Assembly (NCBI GenBank): GCA_004764695.1
Contig: SMSO01000035.1
Location: 4,621,104-4,685,103 of the forward strand
Direction of reading: 5' to 3'
Length of the DNA stretch: 64,000 nt
DNA from: Schizochytrium sp. TIO01
Lineage: Eukaryota > Protista > Bigyra: Labyrinthulomycetes
How positions within the stretch are numbered: position 1 is the first letter of the stretch; each line of letters begins with the position of its first letter. Of this stretch, positions 1-10,258 are shown piece after piece. Made by a program: the position numbers and the translations under genes. The notes beneath the pieces are model-generated. The model was not told where the DNA came from. It saw only the letters and a program-made list of their open reading frames with translations, and made no database searches.

Positions 1-907
1 GGCCCACGACTCGCTGTCGCCTATCACGATGCCACCCTCATGTTCAGTGCTGGGCACAAAGTAATGGCGCGTGCCACTTCACCAGAAGCGGAAGGAAATG
101 TGCGATGGATGGTAAAGTGAGGCTGGAGGGAAACAGCACTTGCCCTATGTGTGAACTTCAATGCAACTCATTCGCGATGCGCTTCGTTTGAGGTTCAGGA
201 GCTTGGGCTACACGTTGAAATGGACTTCGGGAGCGACGATGCATGTTCTGGCTTGAAGAGTTGGAATCCCCCGGCACCGAAACGTCAAGGTTGGCTGGGA
301 GTGACGGACACCCTCTGGCTTGGTTGATCTTCAAGATGCAGGAGAAGACCTCGTTGCAGTACCAGGCAGGAACTGGCCTTCAAGTTACTTCGTTATTCCT
401 GGCCCGCTCGGCTGAGGGATCTAGGTTCCCCGCGATCGTGCTCCCCAGGAGTGGGCCTGCTAAGCCTGCGAGTTATTATCAAGCCGATTTCTGACACGGC
501 TGCTGCTGTGTAATCCTCTCGAGCGACCTAACAAGTTTGACCGCAGTTTTGGCCACCGAAAGAAAGTCTTTCCAGTACAAATAACCTCATTTCGCAAGGC
601 CAGGAATCTGCGAGGAAACCCTGTGTTGTGTGCACCAGGCCTTCCGCAGCTTCCCCAGCCTTGCGCAAATCGCATGGCCGAGCACGGCAATTCAATCCAT
701 CAGCCAATCAATCGTCCAATCAGTCGATCATCCAATCGGCCAATTGAATCGTTGGAAACTAGCTTCGAGATGGCATCTGCCGACGGAGATACTCGTATCC
801 TCGACTCGCCTTCGCGTTCTGGCAACCAGCGCTGTAAGAGGTGGCGTTTATAACGCAAAACTTCCCTGAAGTTCCCGCCAGGGCCGCCATCGTTTTACTG
901 CACATCG

Positions 908-955
<48 letters not shown>

Positions 956-969
956 TCAATCAATCAATC
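908..969. repeat. (AATC)n microsatellite
   Basis: Near-perfect CAAT/AATC tetranucleotide run, directly visible. Confidence 0.95.
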
Positions 970-3900
970 TCGGGCCCTCGAAGTCACCAAGGTACGTGCC
1001 GCCGGTCTCGAGCCCAGTCGATCTCCAAGCCGTGAGGCAGAATGGGAATGGAGGCGCCTTCGCGTTCACTGCTACTGCAACTGTGCAATCGCAAAGATTG
1101 CTCCGAGAGGCGTGATCTGTGGTGATGATGTTGTTTAATGCGGCACTTTCGAAACAGCGATGTGCACGCTTGTAGGGTGGCCTCAGCAGAGCAGCTCGAA
1201 GTAGGTACGGAGAAGGGAGTTAGTCAGTTAGTTGTCGATGCCGATCATTCGCTCTGCGGCTTGCCTCGACGACAGTCTGCAGTAGGACTCAGCAGAGCTC
1301 GACGAGCAAGCTTTGTTTGCAGATGTTTGCCGGTCGTGAATTAAGTCAACCAGGTTCAAAGGAGCAGGAGGTATTGGGTTTTCCGCTCACGACGAGGTTC
1401 TGTGTTCAGACTGTGTCCTAAATTTCCATCTTAGAATGTCACGAACAGAGTCAAAGTGAAACTTTTTAATGTTTTTATTTATTTAATTTAAAAGAATAAA
1501 AACTCATAATCATAAAAAGGAACAAAAACTCTTTCCATTTTCCATTTTTTTAATTACCATAGTTTAAGATTTTATTAAAATTAGAAGTAGAAATCCTATT
1601 CTTATTGCCTTTTAACTTTAAAAAACCTAATCCAACTTTTAACTTATTTATTTTGGGGGAAGGATGCTGTAAAGGTAATGTGGATAGATCGAGCTGCCGT
1701 TAATTGATACCCTTCAGCCGTTAGTGCATCTGAGAAGATCTTCTACAGCGAGAACAGAATGAATGAGCGTAACTTCGATGTGACTTGAACATCGTACGAA
1801 GTCCGCTGACTTTTGATACGATCTTTGAGACCTCCTCGTGAAAACTGCCTCGCGAGATCCTGCAACGGAAGCTGCCTGAATCAGCTCAAAGCCAGCCGAT
1901 TGAGAATACGTTGTGAGCTGCCAACCTGCAGCAGCCATATGGTCGGTCTCGGTAGCGTTCACGAAGATCTTCGCTCGTCGAGCGATCGTCCTCGACTTTT
2001 GCTGCCTTGAATCAAAAGCGGAGGAGTTCACCATTTTTCACGCATCGAGGTCACCAAAATAGACGGCAAAATACGCAGCGGTCACAAGTGACACCTAGAC
2101 AAATTCCAGCAATCCACGACCTCCAAGACCGGCGGCGACGTCGAACGGGCTGCGAGATACCCGCACCTTGCCCTTGCCGCAGTCAGCCGAGGCCTCATCC
2201 TCGACCCCTGCGCGTCTGCCTGCCTTGCGGCGAGTGGCAGGCCTCCCTCTTCCCGAGCCCAGACAGACAGACAGCAACGAAAGCCAAGTCACTCATGCGC
2301 AAGAAGTCAAAGCGAGCCACCATCTTTCGAGCTGGCCGGCTGGTCTCCAGACGAAAAGGAGGCACCGCATTGGTCCAAACTCCTCCCTCGGGCTGCCTTG
2401 AGCGCTGTGCTCTGCCTTTGCGAAACCGAGGCTGAGGTCGGCGGCCGCGGTTCACGCATGGTGATGCATCATCTCTCGCGCGGAAACTGGCTGCCTCATC
2501 GGCGGATCACAGCTGACCGCGCGAAAGACCGAGCCGTCGAACGCAGGCGTGCTCGTCCGCGACCCGCCCAACTGGCAGTTGGGTGCCGGCTGGCCACGCG
2601 AGTAAGCGAGCGAGGGTTTAGCTCGAAGCTCGGCATCGGCAGGCCTGCCTACCCGCAGGATGAAAGCCTCGCGATGCCATCGACCATCGCGAGAACTCAA
2701 GAACTCACTCAAGCGAAGAACCCACTCGAGCGAAGAACTCGGAGACCTTGCTTTCTTTCCTGGGCAGGTACCGCGAGACGGATCGAACGTGTGGTGTGGC
2801 GGGAGGAGCCGCGGCGGCGGTGTAGCCAGCGCTCCGGAGTGCCAATGGGGAAGTTGCGCGGCTCGAGAGTCTTGCGAGAGACCAGCTCTGGTGCGCGATG
2901 GATGGATGGGCTTGGTAGCTAGCTAGCTATGGACCTTGCGGCGCTTCTTCAGCTTGGGTCAAGTGTGATCACGGCGAGGATGGCTCGAAGGAACTTGGCC
3001 GCTGCGGAGAACGCTGACTACTTGGCCAACGCGAGGCTGAGGCGCGCTTTCTCGCAGTTCTCATGCTGTGAGATGACGGACGATCGGTCGATCGTCGATC
3101 GATCGATCGCCATCTTTTACAACCAAAAGTTCGAGTTGGCATTTTCATTTTGTAAAAAAAACAACAAACAATTAAAAAAAACAATCAAACAATCAAACAA
3201 TAAAATAATAATAATACTAATAATCAGCTCTGTCTTTCAGTCTTCCTTTCGTTCTCTTTCTGTTTGGGGTTGAGTGGTGCAGGATGAATGAAGTGAGCGA
3301 GAGGCGCGATAAAGGCGTTGGCGCGATCGCACTGATCATGCTATCGCTTGCGCATCGCCGAACGGTGTACTTGCCGAGTGCTGAGGAGAATGGAATTGAA
3401 TTGAATCAGAATCGCCGCCACGGGCATTGCAACGCTGTTGGATGGAGTTTATTCAATCGATCACTCATTCGTTGCTTTCTCACTTACGTACCTACTTTCT
3501 TTCTTATTTGTTTCGTTTCGATACTCTAAACAAGGAGAACTAATCTCAGAGTTTGCTGGCTTCAGCTGCTTTGGATTGTTTGCCAGATCCTTCAACTCGC
3601 TCACGGGAAGTGCAGTCTATGGACGTTGGGTCTGAATCACAGGTCTCGCAACTGTATGCATTGAATCGCTCCAAATAGAAATGCAGAATTATGGCTGCGT
3701 CAGGTCGCTTCTGCTTGTAGATCAGTTGTGAGCCACTGAGGCTGTAATAGAAGCCTGAAGTTGTGCTCTTAACTGGGGATAGTTGACGAATTTGACGTTG
3801 GCTCCTCGGTACCTCGTGGGTTTCAAGACCAGATGCTGCAGCAATTGACTTGGGGAAGGTGCCTTCCAACTTGAAAGCATTTATAGCCATGAGTGACTGG

Positions 3901-4222
3901 TTGATTTGGCCTGGGTTTTGCCCAGATTGCTCGAAGGCTTTAGGTCATTGCTTCTGACAGGCCAGTGAGAGTATTTACCATTACTAGCTAATGTCTTTTG
4001 ACCAGCTCGAACGGTCGTGGACCTTCTCACAGCACGATTCCTCACAGACGCGCTCGGCAATCCTTCCTCAAGCTCATCTGTTCGTTCAAGTTGATTGCCA
4101 TCTCAGCCAGATCCCATCGCAAATCCAACCGGTCAATATTAGGTACCTGCCTGCCTACGCTTTTCGAATTGCTCGAGTTTTGGCGAAAGCAAGGCAAACC
4201 CTGTGAAGATGCTACGCCGCCC

Positions 4223-4330
4223 TTCTAAAACGGGTTCTTCTAAAACGGGTTCTTCTAAAACGAGTTCCTCTAAAATGCGTTCCTCTAAAACGAGTTCCTC
4301 TAAAACGGGTGGTTCTAAAATGAGTTCTCC
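4223..4330. repeat. 15-bp minisatellite, about 7 copies, consensus TTCTAAAACGGGTTC
   Basis: TCTAAAA core recurs every 15 bp with variable flanks. Confidence 0.9.
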
Positions 4331-5275
4331 TAATTCTAATCGCTACCCCGGCATGCACTGCAATCGTCAAGCTTGATACCTACCATACGATTGATCCCCT
4401 TCAGACCGAGCGAGCTCTTGCGCCGCAGACTTAATTGAATGAGTCTCTTCGGCGCCTTCGACGTCATCAAACGGAATCGTCAAATCTGGTTCACGTGCCG
4501 CATCCCTGAGCAGTCTATCTCTATATCTCAATCTCTCAATCTCTCATTGTACGCCACATTTTAAAAAACTGACTTCTGATCCGTGCATTCGCAGCCTTCG
4601 ACCGACCCATCGCTCACGCGGAAGGAAGGCGCCGCGGCCCTTCGAGCCGCGTTCGATCTCTGCTTCTTCGCCCAAGCCCAAGTCGCCAAGTCTCGAACTA
4701 ATCTCAGGTTGAGCTTGAAATTCGCTCATTCATTCATTCATTCATTCATCCATTCAATCATTGTCCCATTTTCGTTGTCATTCATTCTCTCTTCAACGTA
4801 GTTCTTCTCCAAAATCCGAACCGGCGCCGGTCCGACGCTGCAATGGCCCCGGGTCCGCTGGCCGTCGCACCCGCCGCCGCCGCGGCTGGGGCGGGTTCCG
4901 GCGGGGGTGCGGCCCGCACGGGACGCGGGGCGGGAACCGGCGAGGCGTATCTTGCACCGTCGACGTTGTGCTCCACTTGGACGACGCTGCGGCAGTGCAG
5001 ATCTCTTCGACGAGGGCGGCGACAGAGGCGGATCTGGAGGAGGAGGAGGACGAGAACGGCGCGAAGCACGCAGTCTCAGACGACCGCAAGAGAAGAGGAT
5101 CCTGGTAAGGCGCCCGTAGCGGAGGCGTAGGACTCCTGGAGGTCTGAGAGAACTGGGACCGCGAGGACTCTGGGGTCTTTGCAGGCTGAGGAGCTGAGCA
5201 GAACCGCAACGCAGGGCGGTGATCGAGCAGGAGCAGGAGCAGGAGCAGCACAAGCAGCACGAGCAGGGAGGAAAC

Positions 5276-5728
5276 ATGGCAGTGACAGGCGACGACCGCG
5301 TGGCGGCGACCTCGGTGGCGCTCCTGGCGATCCTTGACCTTGGGCTGAAGTGGAAAATGTCGGGCCTGCGCACGTCAGGCGCAGAGGGCGAGGGCGACAA
5401 GACGAGCTTTTTTGAGAAGTTGCACAACATTCAGCTTCTTACGACGGAGCGGGTTCCGACCGCGATGGCACTGATCGCACTCAGCTGGGCGCAGGCCCGC
5501 GTGCAAGGCCGCGACCTCTCGATCATTAATAAGCTTGCCATGATTGTATCCGCTATTTCAGGATTCATCTTTGCAGGACGGGCGTATGACTTTAACGTAA
5601 ACGCGAATGGGTACAACATGAAGGGTCGCCCCGGTGATGGTGTCTTGTCCCCGTGGGGATTGTATGGCACACTTGGAAACTATGGATCCCAGCTCATTCT
5701 CGCAATCACCTTGACCCTTCAGCTGTAA
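5276..5728 (+). CDS. Small multi-pass membrane protein, MAPEG-superfamily-like (150 aa)
   Basis: First ATG at 5276 within ORF 5219-5728. About four hydrophobic segments. FEKLHNIQLLTTERVP resembles the MAPEG 'RxHxNxxExxP' segment, and TM1 ends in a basic 'KMSGLR'. Confidence 0.55.
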   Translation: MAVTGDDRVAATSVALLAILDLGLKWKMSGLRTSGAEGEGDKTSFFEKLHNIQLLTTERVPTAMALIALSWAQARVQGRDLSIINKLAMIVSAISGFIFAGRAYDFNVNANGYNMKGRPGDGVLSPWGLYGTLGNYGSQLILAITLTLQL

Positions 5729-6359
5729 TTTCTAATTTCCAGACCACCTGTACCCGGGCATCCAGCACTGAGCATTTGTAACAACAGAACAACTCAGAAC
5801 AGATTTATGGTATCTGGGCATTCATTCTGCCTACCTACCATGGTTGTCCTTGGCTTCTACGCAAAAGACGCATCGGCTCAAGAATGGACGTATGTTGCCA
5901 CGCTCGCAGAAACCTAGTTGCGTTTGAACTTCAATCTCTCCCCCTCCCCCTCCCCCCCCAAAAAAAAGAAATAAAATAATCATCATCATAATGAACGCCA
6001 TCGCATTTTGTCTAAATACTATTTCTATTTACTTCTATCATCAGTTTACAAATTAACTCCTGTTATTCGCCCACGTCTCTTGCTGACCTGCGCACATGTT
6101 CAACTTGACTGCGATTGGACTCGTCAATGCATATTTAACGACCCCCTCCACAGCTCCTTGTGTGCTCTTCCCTCTATATTCCAAGTAAAACCACACCGCT
6201 TGACCTCCTGTCTGCTTGAACAAAGTAACATACGAGATGCTCCATGTATGTCCACGTGCACGCAAGGGATTCGGTTGAACCTCTGAGAGAAACATAACAT
6301 GGTGTTACAAAAGGAAGCCAGTTGACCCGGGATTAGAATAAACGAAACTTTGTGCAAAT

Positions 6360-7376
6360 TTACTGCTCCTTTTTTATGGTCGGAGCAGGCGCCGAGGGCT
6401 TGTGAGCGTACTTCTCCCAGATCTCCATGACAAGACCTGCAAAGACAAGAGCCACAGCGAACCACTGTCCATCGTTGAGTCGGTTTTCCGGGTAGAGAAG
6501 AACGGAGAGCAAAACAGTGAAAAATTTGCGCGTTGTTGTGATGGTAGTGGTGGCAAGAGGACCCAGATTCACGACGCTGTAGAAAATGAACTGCTGACCC
6601 ACCGCGCTGCACGCAGAGAAAGCAAGAAGATCGTAAACCACACCCTGGTGGCCTTGCAAGTATGCAATGGCCTCAGTAAACTCCCCAGTCACAAATACCA
6701 CCGGCACAACGTAGAGAAGAGAGAAAAGATTCATGCCGGCCATAAGAAAGTGAGACGAAGGCTTGTACTCACGGCTGAAAAGACGTTGTGAGGACCCGGT
6801 AATGCCATCCAAGCAGAGCGACCCAAACAGCAAAGCCAATCCGAAAGCGGAGTTACCTTCAAAGCCAAAACCTTGCTTGCTCTTGGCCATGCGGAAGAGA
6901 ATCACACCACCAGTGATCATGAACACCATCAAGTACTTTTGCCACGAGTAAGACTCACCACCAAGAACTACATTGGCCATCATCACTGGAACCATTTTGC
7001 AGCTCTTGGCAAGAGCCTGAAATGGGTAGCTAACGTACTCCAACGCCATGTTGCTACACCCCATACCAGCCAAGTAAGACGCAGAAAACAGTCCAAGCCA
7101 GATCGTGCCAGAGTGCTTGATCATAAACGGAGATGATTCTGCAGTAGCACTCAGTGGCTTTTTATCAGTCATGCGACCGCCACCAACCAAGAAAAGCATG
7201 AATGCGCCCAGAACAAAGTTGAAGAGGCATTGCACGCTAAGCAAAAACAGAGTAAACGTGAAGCGCGAACCGTCAGTTGGGTCAGGCTTGTAAATGCGTT
7301 CTTGCAAAACTCCATAGTAAAGATAAACAAAGTAAATGCCAAATGTGGCCACCACAAGCTGCACTTCTGCCCTCAT
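6360..7376 (-). CDS. UAA-family nucleotide-sugar/nucleotide transporter (SLC35B1/UTr/HUT1-like), ER membrane
   Basis: Motifs YGVLQERIY, SNMALEYVSYPFQALAKSCKMVPVM, SLCLDGITG, GQQFIF and TTTRKFFTVLLS. C-terminal KKEQ is a dilysine ER-retrieval signal. ATG at 7376. Confidence 0.92.
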   Translation of the reverse strand: MRAEVQLVVATFGIYFVYLYYGVLQERIYKPDPTDGSRFTFTLFLLSVQCLFNFVLGAFMLFLVGGGRMTDKKPLSATAESSPFMIKHSGTIWLGLFSASYLAGMGCSNMALEYVSYPFQALAKSCKMVPVMMANVVLGGESYSWQKYLMVFMITGGVILFRMAKSKQGFGFEGNSAFGLALLFGSLCLDGITGSSQRLFSREYKPSSHFLMAGMNLFSLLYVVPVVFVTGEFTEAIAYLQGHQGVVYDLLAFSACSAVGQQFIFYSVVNLGPLATTTITTTRKFFTVLLSVLLYPENRLNDGQWFAVALVFAGLVMEIWEKYAHKPSAPAPTIKKEQ

Positions 7377-8206
7377 TGTCGCTCGCAACTGTTACTAAAG
7401 ATATCCCTGTTGTTCTTCCCAAGTCGGTTGCTTTTCCAAACTGTTGTAGCCCGGAAGGCACTGCAATTGATCAAAGGTTATTTATTATACCCAGTCTTGT
7501 CAGGGGCACAGCCTTGCTGTCCGACAACAATGACGTCGACAATAGTAGCACAAGAGCTAACTACGAGCTCTTTGACACCTCAACGCGACACGATCCGTGT
7601 GCCAACCAATGATAACGATCGAAGTTTGCTGAGGCCAACGTCCAACTTTGCCAGTGCACTGAGCCAACCTGGCTCCTCCCATACTACTTAGGTACTGTGC
7701 CTACTAATCTATAGAGTTTTCTTTTATTTGTTCTTCAGAAATCAGCTAATACAGTAGTAGGATGCCTCGTTAGTTAGTATTGGTTACATTAAAAATAAAA
7801 TTTGTTTAATATAAATAATGTTTAACTTTTATTTTATTTTTTAATTATAGGATATTACTTCATTCCTTTTTCTTTTTTTTTAACTTTTCTTTTTCAAATC
7901 AAAATTTATAGAGAGTAGACCTTCATGGGAAAGGAAAAACAAAGAAAGAGAACAGTGGGTCCTGGACAACCCTTTTTGCCGCAACGCATTTTCACCGGCC
8001 TTTCTTCTTCAAGAGAGAGAGGATAATAACGATGCTCCATCACCAGATCCCGTTGTCACTGCTAGCCGCGCGAGCCCACACCACAACAATCGAGACCCCT
8101 GCGAGTCCCAAACACCAAGCTCCGCCATCTGCGTGAGCAAGCATCCTCGCACAGCGAGCAGGTACACTTCTGCAACGAGGTGACAACGTCCTTAAAGACG
8201 ATTTCC

Positions 8207-9457
8207 ATGACCAAACTCAAGCACTCGCAAGGTCTAGGAGCCTTGACTTTGGCGCTTCTGCTCCTTGCAGGTGTCCGGCAGAGCTGTGCATGGTGCGGTC
8301 GAAATGATGAAGGTGACTGTTTTATTGCGATTCGTACAGGAGGCGAGCCGGAAACTGCTCGCGAACATGCTCGAGGAATCAAATTCGTTCACGAAGATAC
8401 CGGGGTTGCAGGTCTTGAGGAGACATTTGGATACATTGCAGGCGTGCCTAACTTGGGCCAAGACTCTTCAGAGCTGAGATTTGTATTAGGTGAAGTGGCT
8501 CAAGCGAGGTTAATGGGCTCGGGAGTGTTTCACGTAAAGGGAATTGATGTGGGCGGCGATGCATCTACAGACATGCAAAATGACCCAGATCATATTGCAC
8601 TCAAGGTTACGCGTGGAGGACTTCAGATCACCAATGAAAAATACCCCAGTGTGATCAAGCTACAAGGGCCAGGCTTAACAAGTGCAAACGTGTCCGTGAG
8701 CCAAGACCAGACGGCTGTAGAAACCTCTGGTCGCCTAGAGCTCCGCGCAGGCAAAGACTCTGTGGTGGATGTCCAAGGCGCGATTTTTCAGGATCAGGGC
8801 GAAGTTGAAAAGACTATGATTACTATCGGATCACTGCTTGCTACCTCCGGAAAGGCTGTGGTAGGAGACTCCTCAACAGCTGCTGAAGCAAGTTCGGTTG
8901 AGCTGCAAAACCGAAATGGCCAGAAGTGGACCCTGCAGAATCACATTAAACGTGGTTTTGAGGTCCTCCACGAAGATCAAAGAATTGTAGGTATTGCCCA
9001 CAGTGCACCACGCGACTCTCTCACAGTCAGTGAAGAAGGAAACATGGGTATCGGGACGCGTTGGCCAAGTGTGAAGCTTGATGTAAATGGCGGTGTGCAA
9101 GGTACTTCAGCGTATTCTTCAGCATCAGATCGTCGCTGGAAGCGCGATATTAAGACTCTATCGCGTCTCACAAGTCTCAAGAAAGTCTTGAACCTTCGAC
9201 CAGTTTCGTTTGAGTTTCAGCATGAAGCGTTTCCTGAAAAGGCATTTGACCAGGGCCTGCAGATTGGCTTTATTGCACAGGAGGTGGAAGATATTGTTCC
9301 TGAGGTTGTTCGCACTGGCGCTGATGGCATGAAGTCAGTTCAATATGCGTCTCTTGTCCCATTGCTCGTTAATGCTATCCAAGAACTTGAGGCCAAACTC
9401 GCATTGTACGAAGAGAAATTGCAACGATCGCTGATTGCAGATGTTCACCTTAAGTAA
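8207..9457 (+). CDS. Secreted protein with C-terminal Peptidase S74 / intramolecular chaperone autoprocessing domain (tail-fibre-like)
   Basis: Signal peptide (GALTLALLLLAGVRQSCA), then GNMGIGTRWPSVKLDVNG, SDRRWKRDI, LRPVSF, GFIAQEVEDIVPEVV and VQYASLVPLLVNAIQEL, followed by a terminal coiled coil. Confidence 0.88.
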   Translation: MTKLKHSQGLGALTLALLLLAGVRQSCAWCGRNDEGDCFIAIRTGGEPETAREHARGIKFVHEDTGVAGLEETFGYIAGVPNLGQDSSELRFVLGEVAQARLMGSGVFHVKGIDVGGDASTDMQNDPDHIALKVTRGGLQITNEKYPSVIKLQGPGLTSANVSVSQDQTAVETSGRLELRAGKDSVVDVQGAIFQDQGEVEKTMITIGSLLATSGKAVVGDSSTAAEASSVELQNRNGQKWTLQNHIKRGFEVLHEDQRIVGIAHSAPRDSLTVSEEGNMGIGTRWPSVKLDVNGGVQGTSAYSSASDRRWKRDIKTLSRLTSLKKVLNLRPVSFEFQHEAFPEKAFDQGLQIGFIAQEVEDIVPEVVRTGADGMKSVQYASLVPLLVNAIQELEAKLALYEEKLQRSLIADVHLK

Positions 9458-10258
9458 TTTATAATGTCAAAACAACGGGCTCTAGCTGAAGAAAAGAGAA
9501 GAGCCCGCTTTCTCACTCACGTTTAGGTCCAAACTATTAGATATATAAGTTGTCTTCCCATCAATCACCAAGAAGCAACAAAACAAAATGCTTAGTAAAT
9601 CGCATGTGAACCGCTGCGTTTCTCTTCTTAGAATTATCCGAGCGGAACTGGGCCCCTTGGCTCTTATCCAAACGCGGGTTTTATGTTGTCCATATTCGTA
9701 TTTCATGGCGCAATATACCTAGGCTATGGTGGTAAGAAATCATTAACATTTAATTTTTTTAAAATGGCTTCTCTTTTTATCTGCAATTGTCATCAAGTCC
9801 CAGAAAAGTCCAATCATACTCAACGTTTCCTCAGCACAAATGTCCATGATATATCAAGCCATTCAGAGTGTCGATTCTGGGTCAATGTAACCATGCCTCA
9901 GCTAATCAGTGACCGAAGAAGGAGCGCATTAACATCTAAAGTCTCGATTTAAATTGAGGTACTATCTTCTTTTTATTTTCTTAGGAATTGAGGAAAGAAT
10001 TATATCAGAACCAATTGAGGCAGCGATTTGATAATGTATTGATGCATCGTGGTATGCATATGAAGGATAAAAAACCGAATGAGAGGGGACTTTGAAAAGA
10101 TCGTTTGGTTCACCTGTAAGAGAAGAACCAGGGACGAATGGTGATGGTGGTGCATTGGAGGATGCGCCGTCTCTTTTATATGCCAGACAGAAAAGCTTCT
10201 GCGTTTTATAATATCAACGACCAGTTCTTTCATTCATGTAATCATATTGCAAAGCAAC

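Noticed and set aside
1-4200. Many short overlapping ORFs on both strands
   Set aside because: No recognisable domain, low-complexity Arg/Ser/Pro-rich translations, and stops in all frames checked at the left edge. I cannot support a gene call, although a decayed or spliced gene cannot be excluded.
4738-5260. GC-rich ORFs upstream of the MAPEG-like gene and a possible GTAAG...GCAG intron (5105-5184)
   Set aside because: Splicing does not join them in frame to the downstream CDS. They are probably 5' UTR or GC-rich shadow ORFs.
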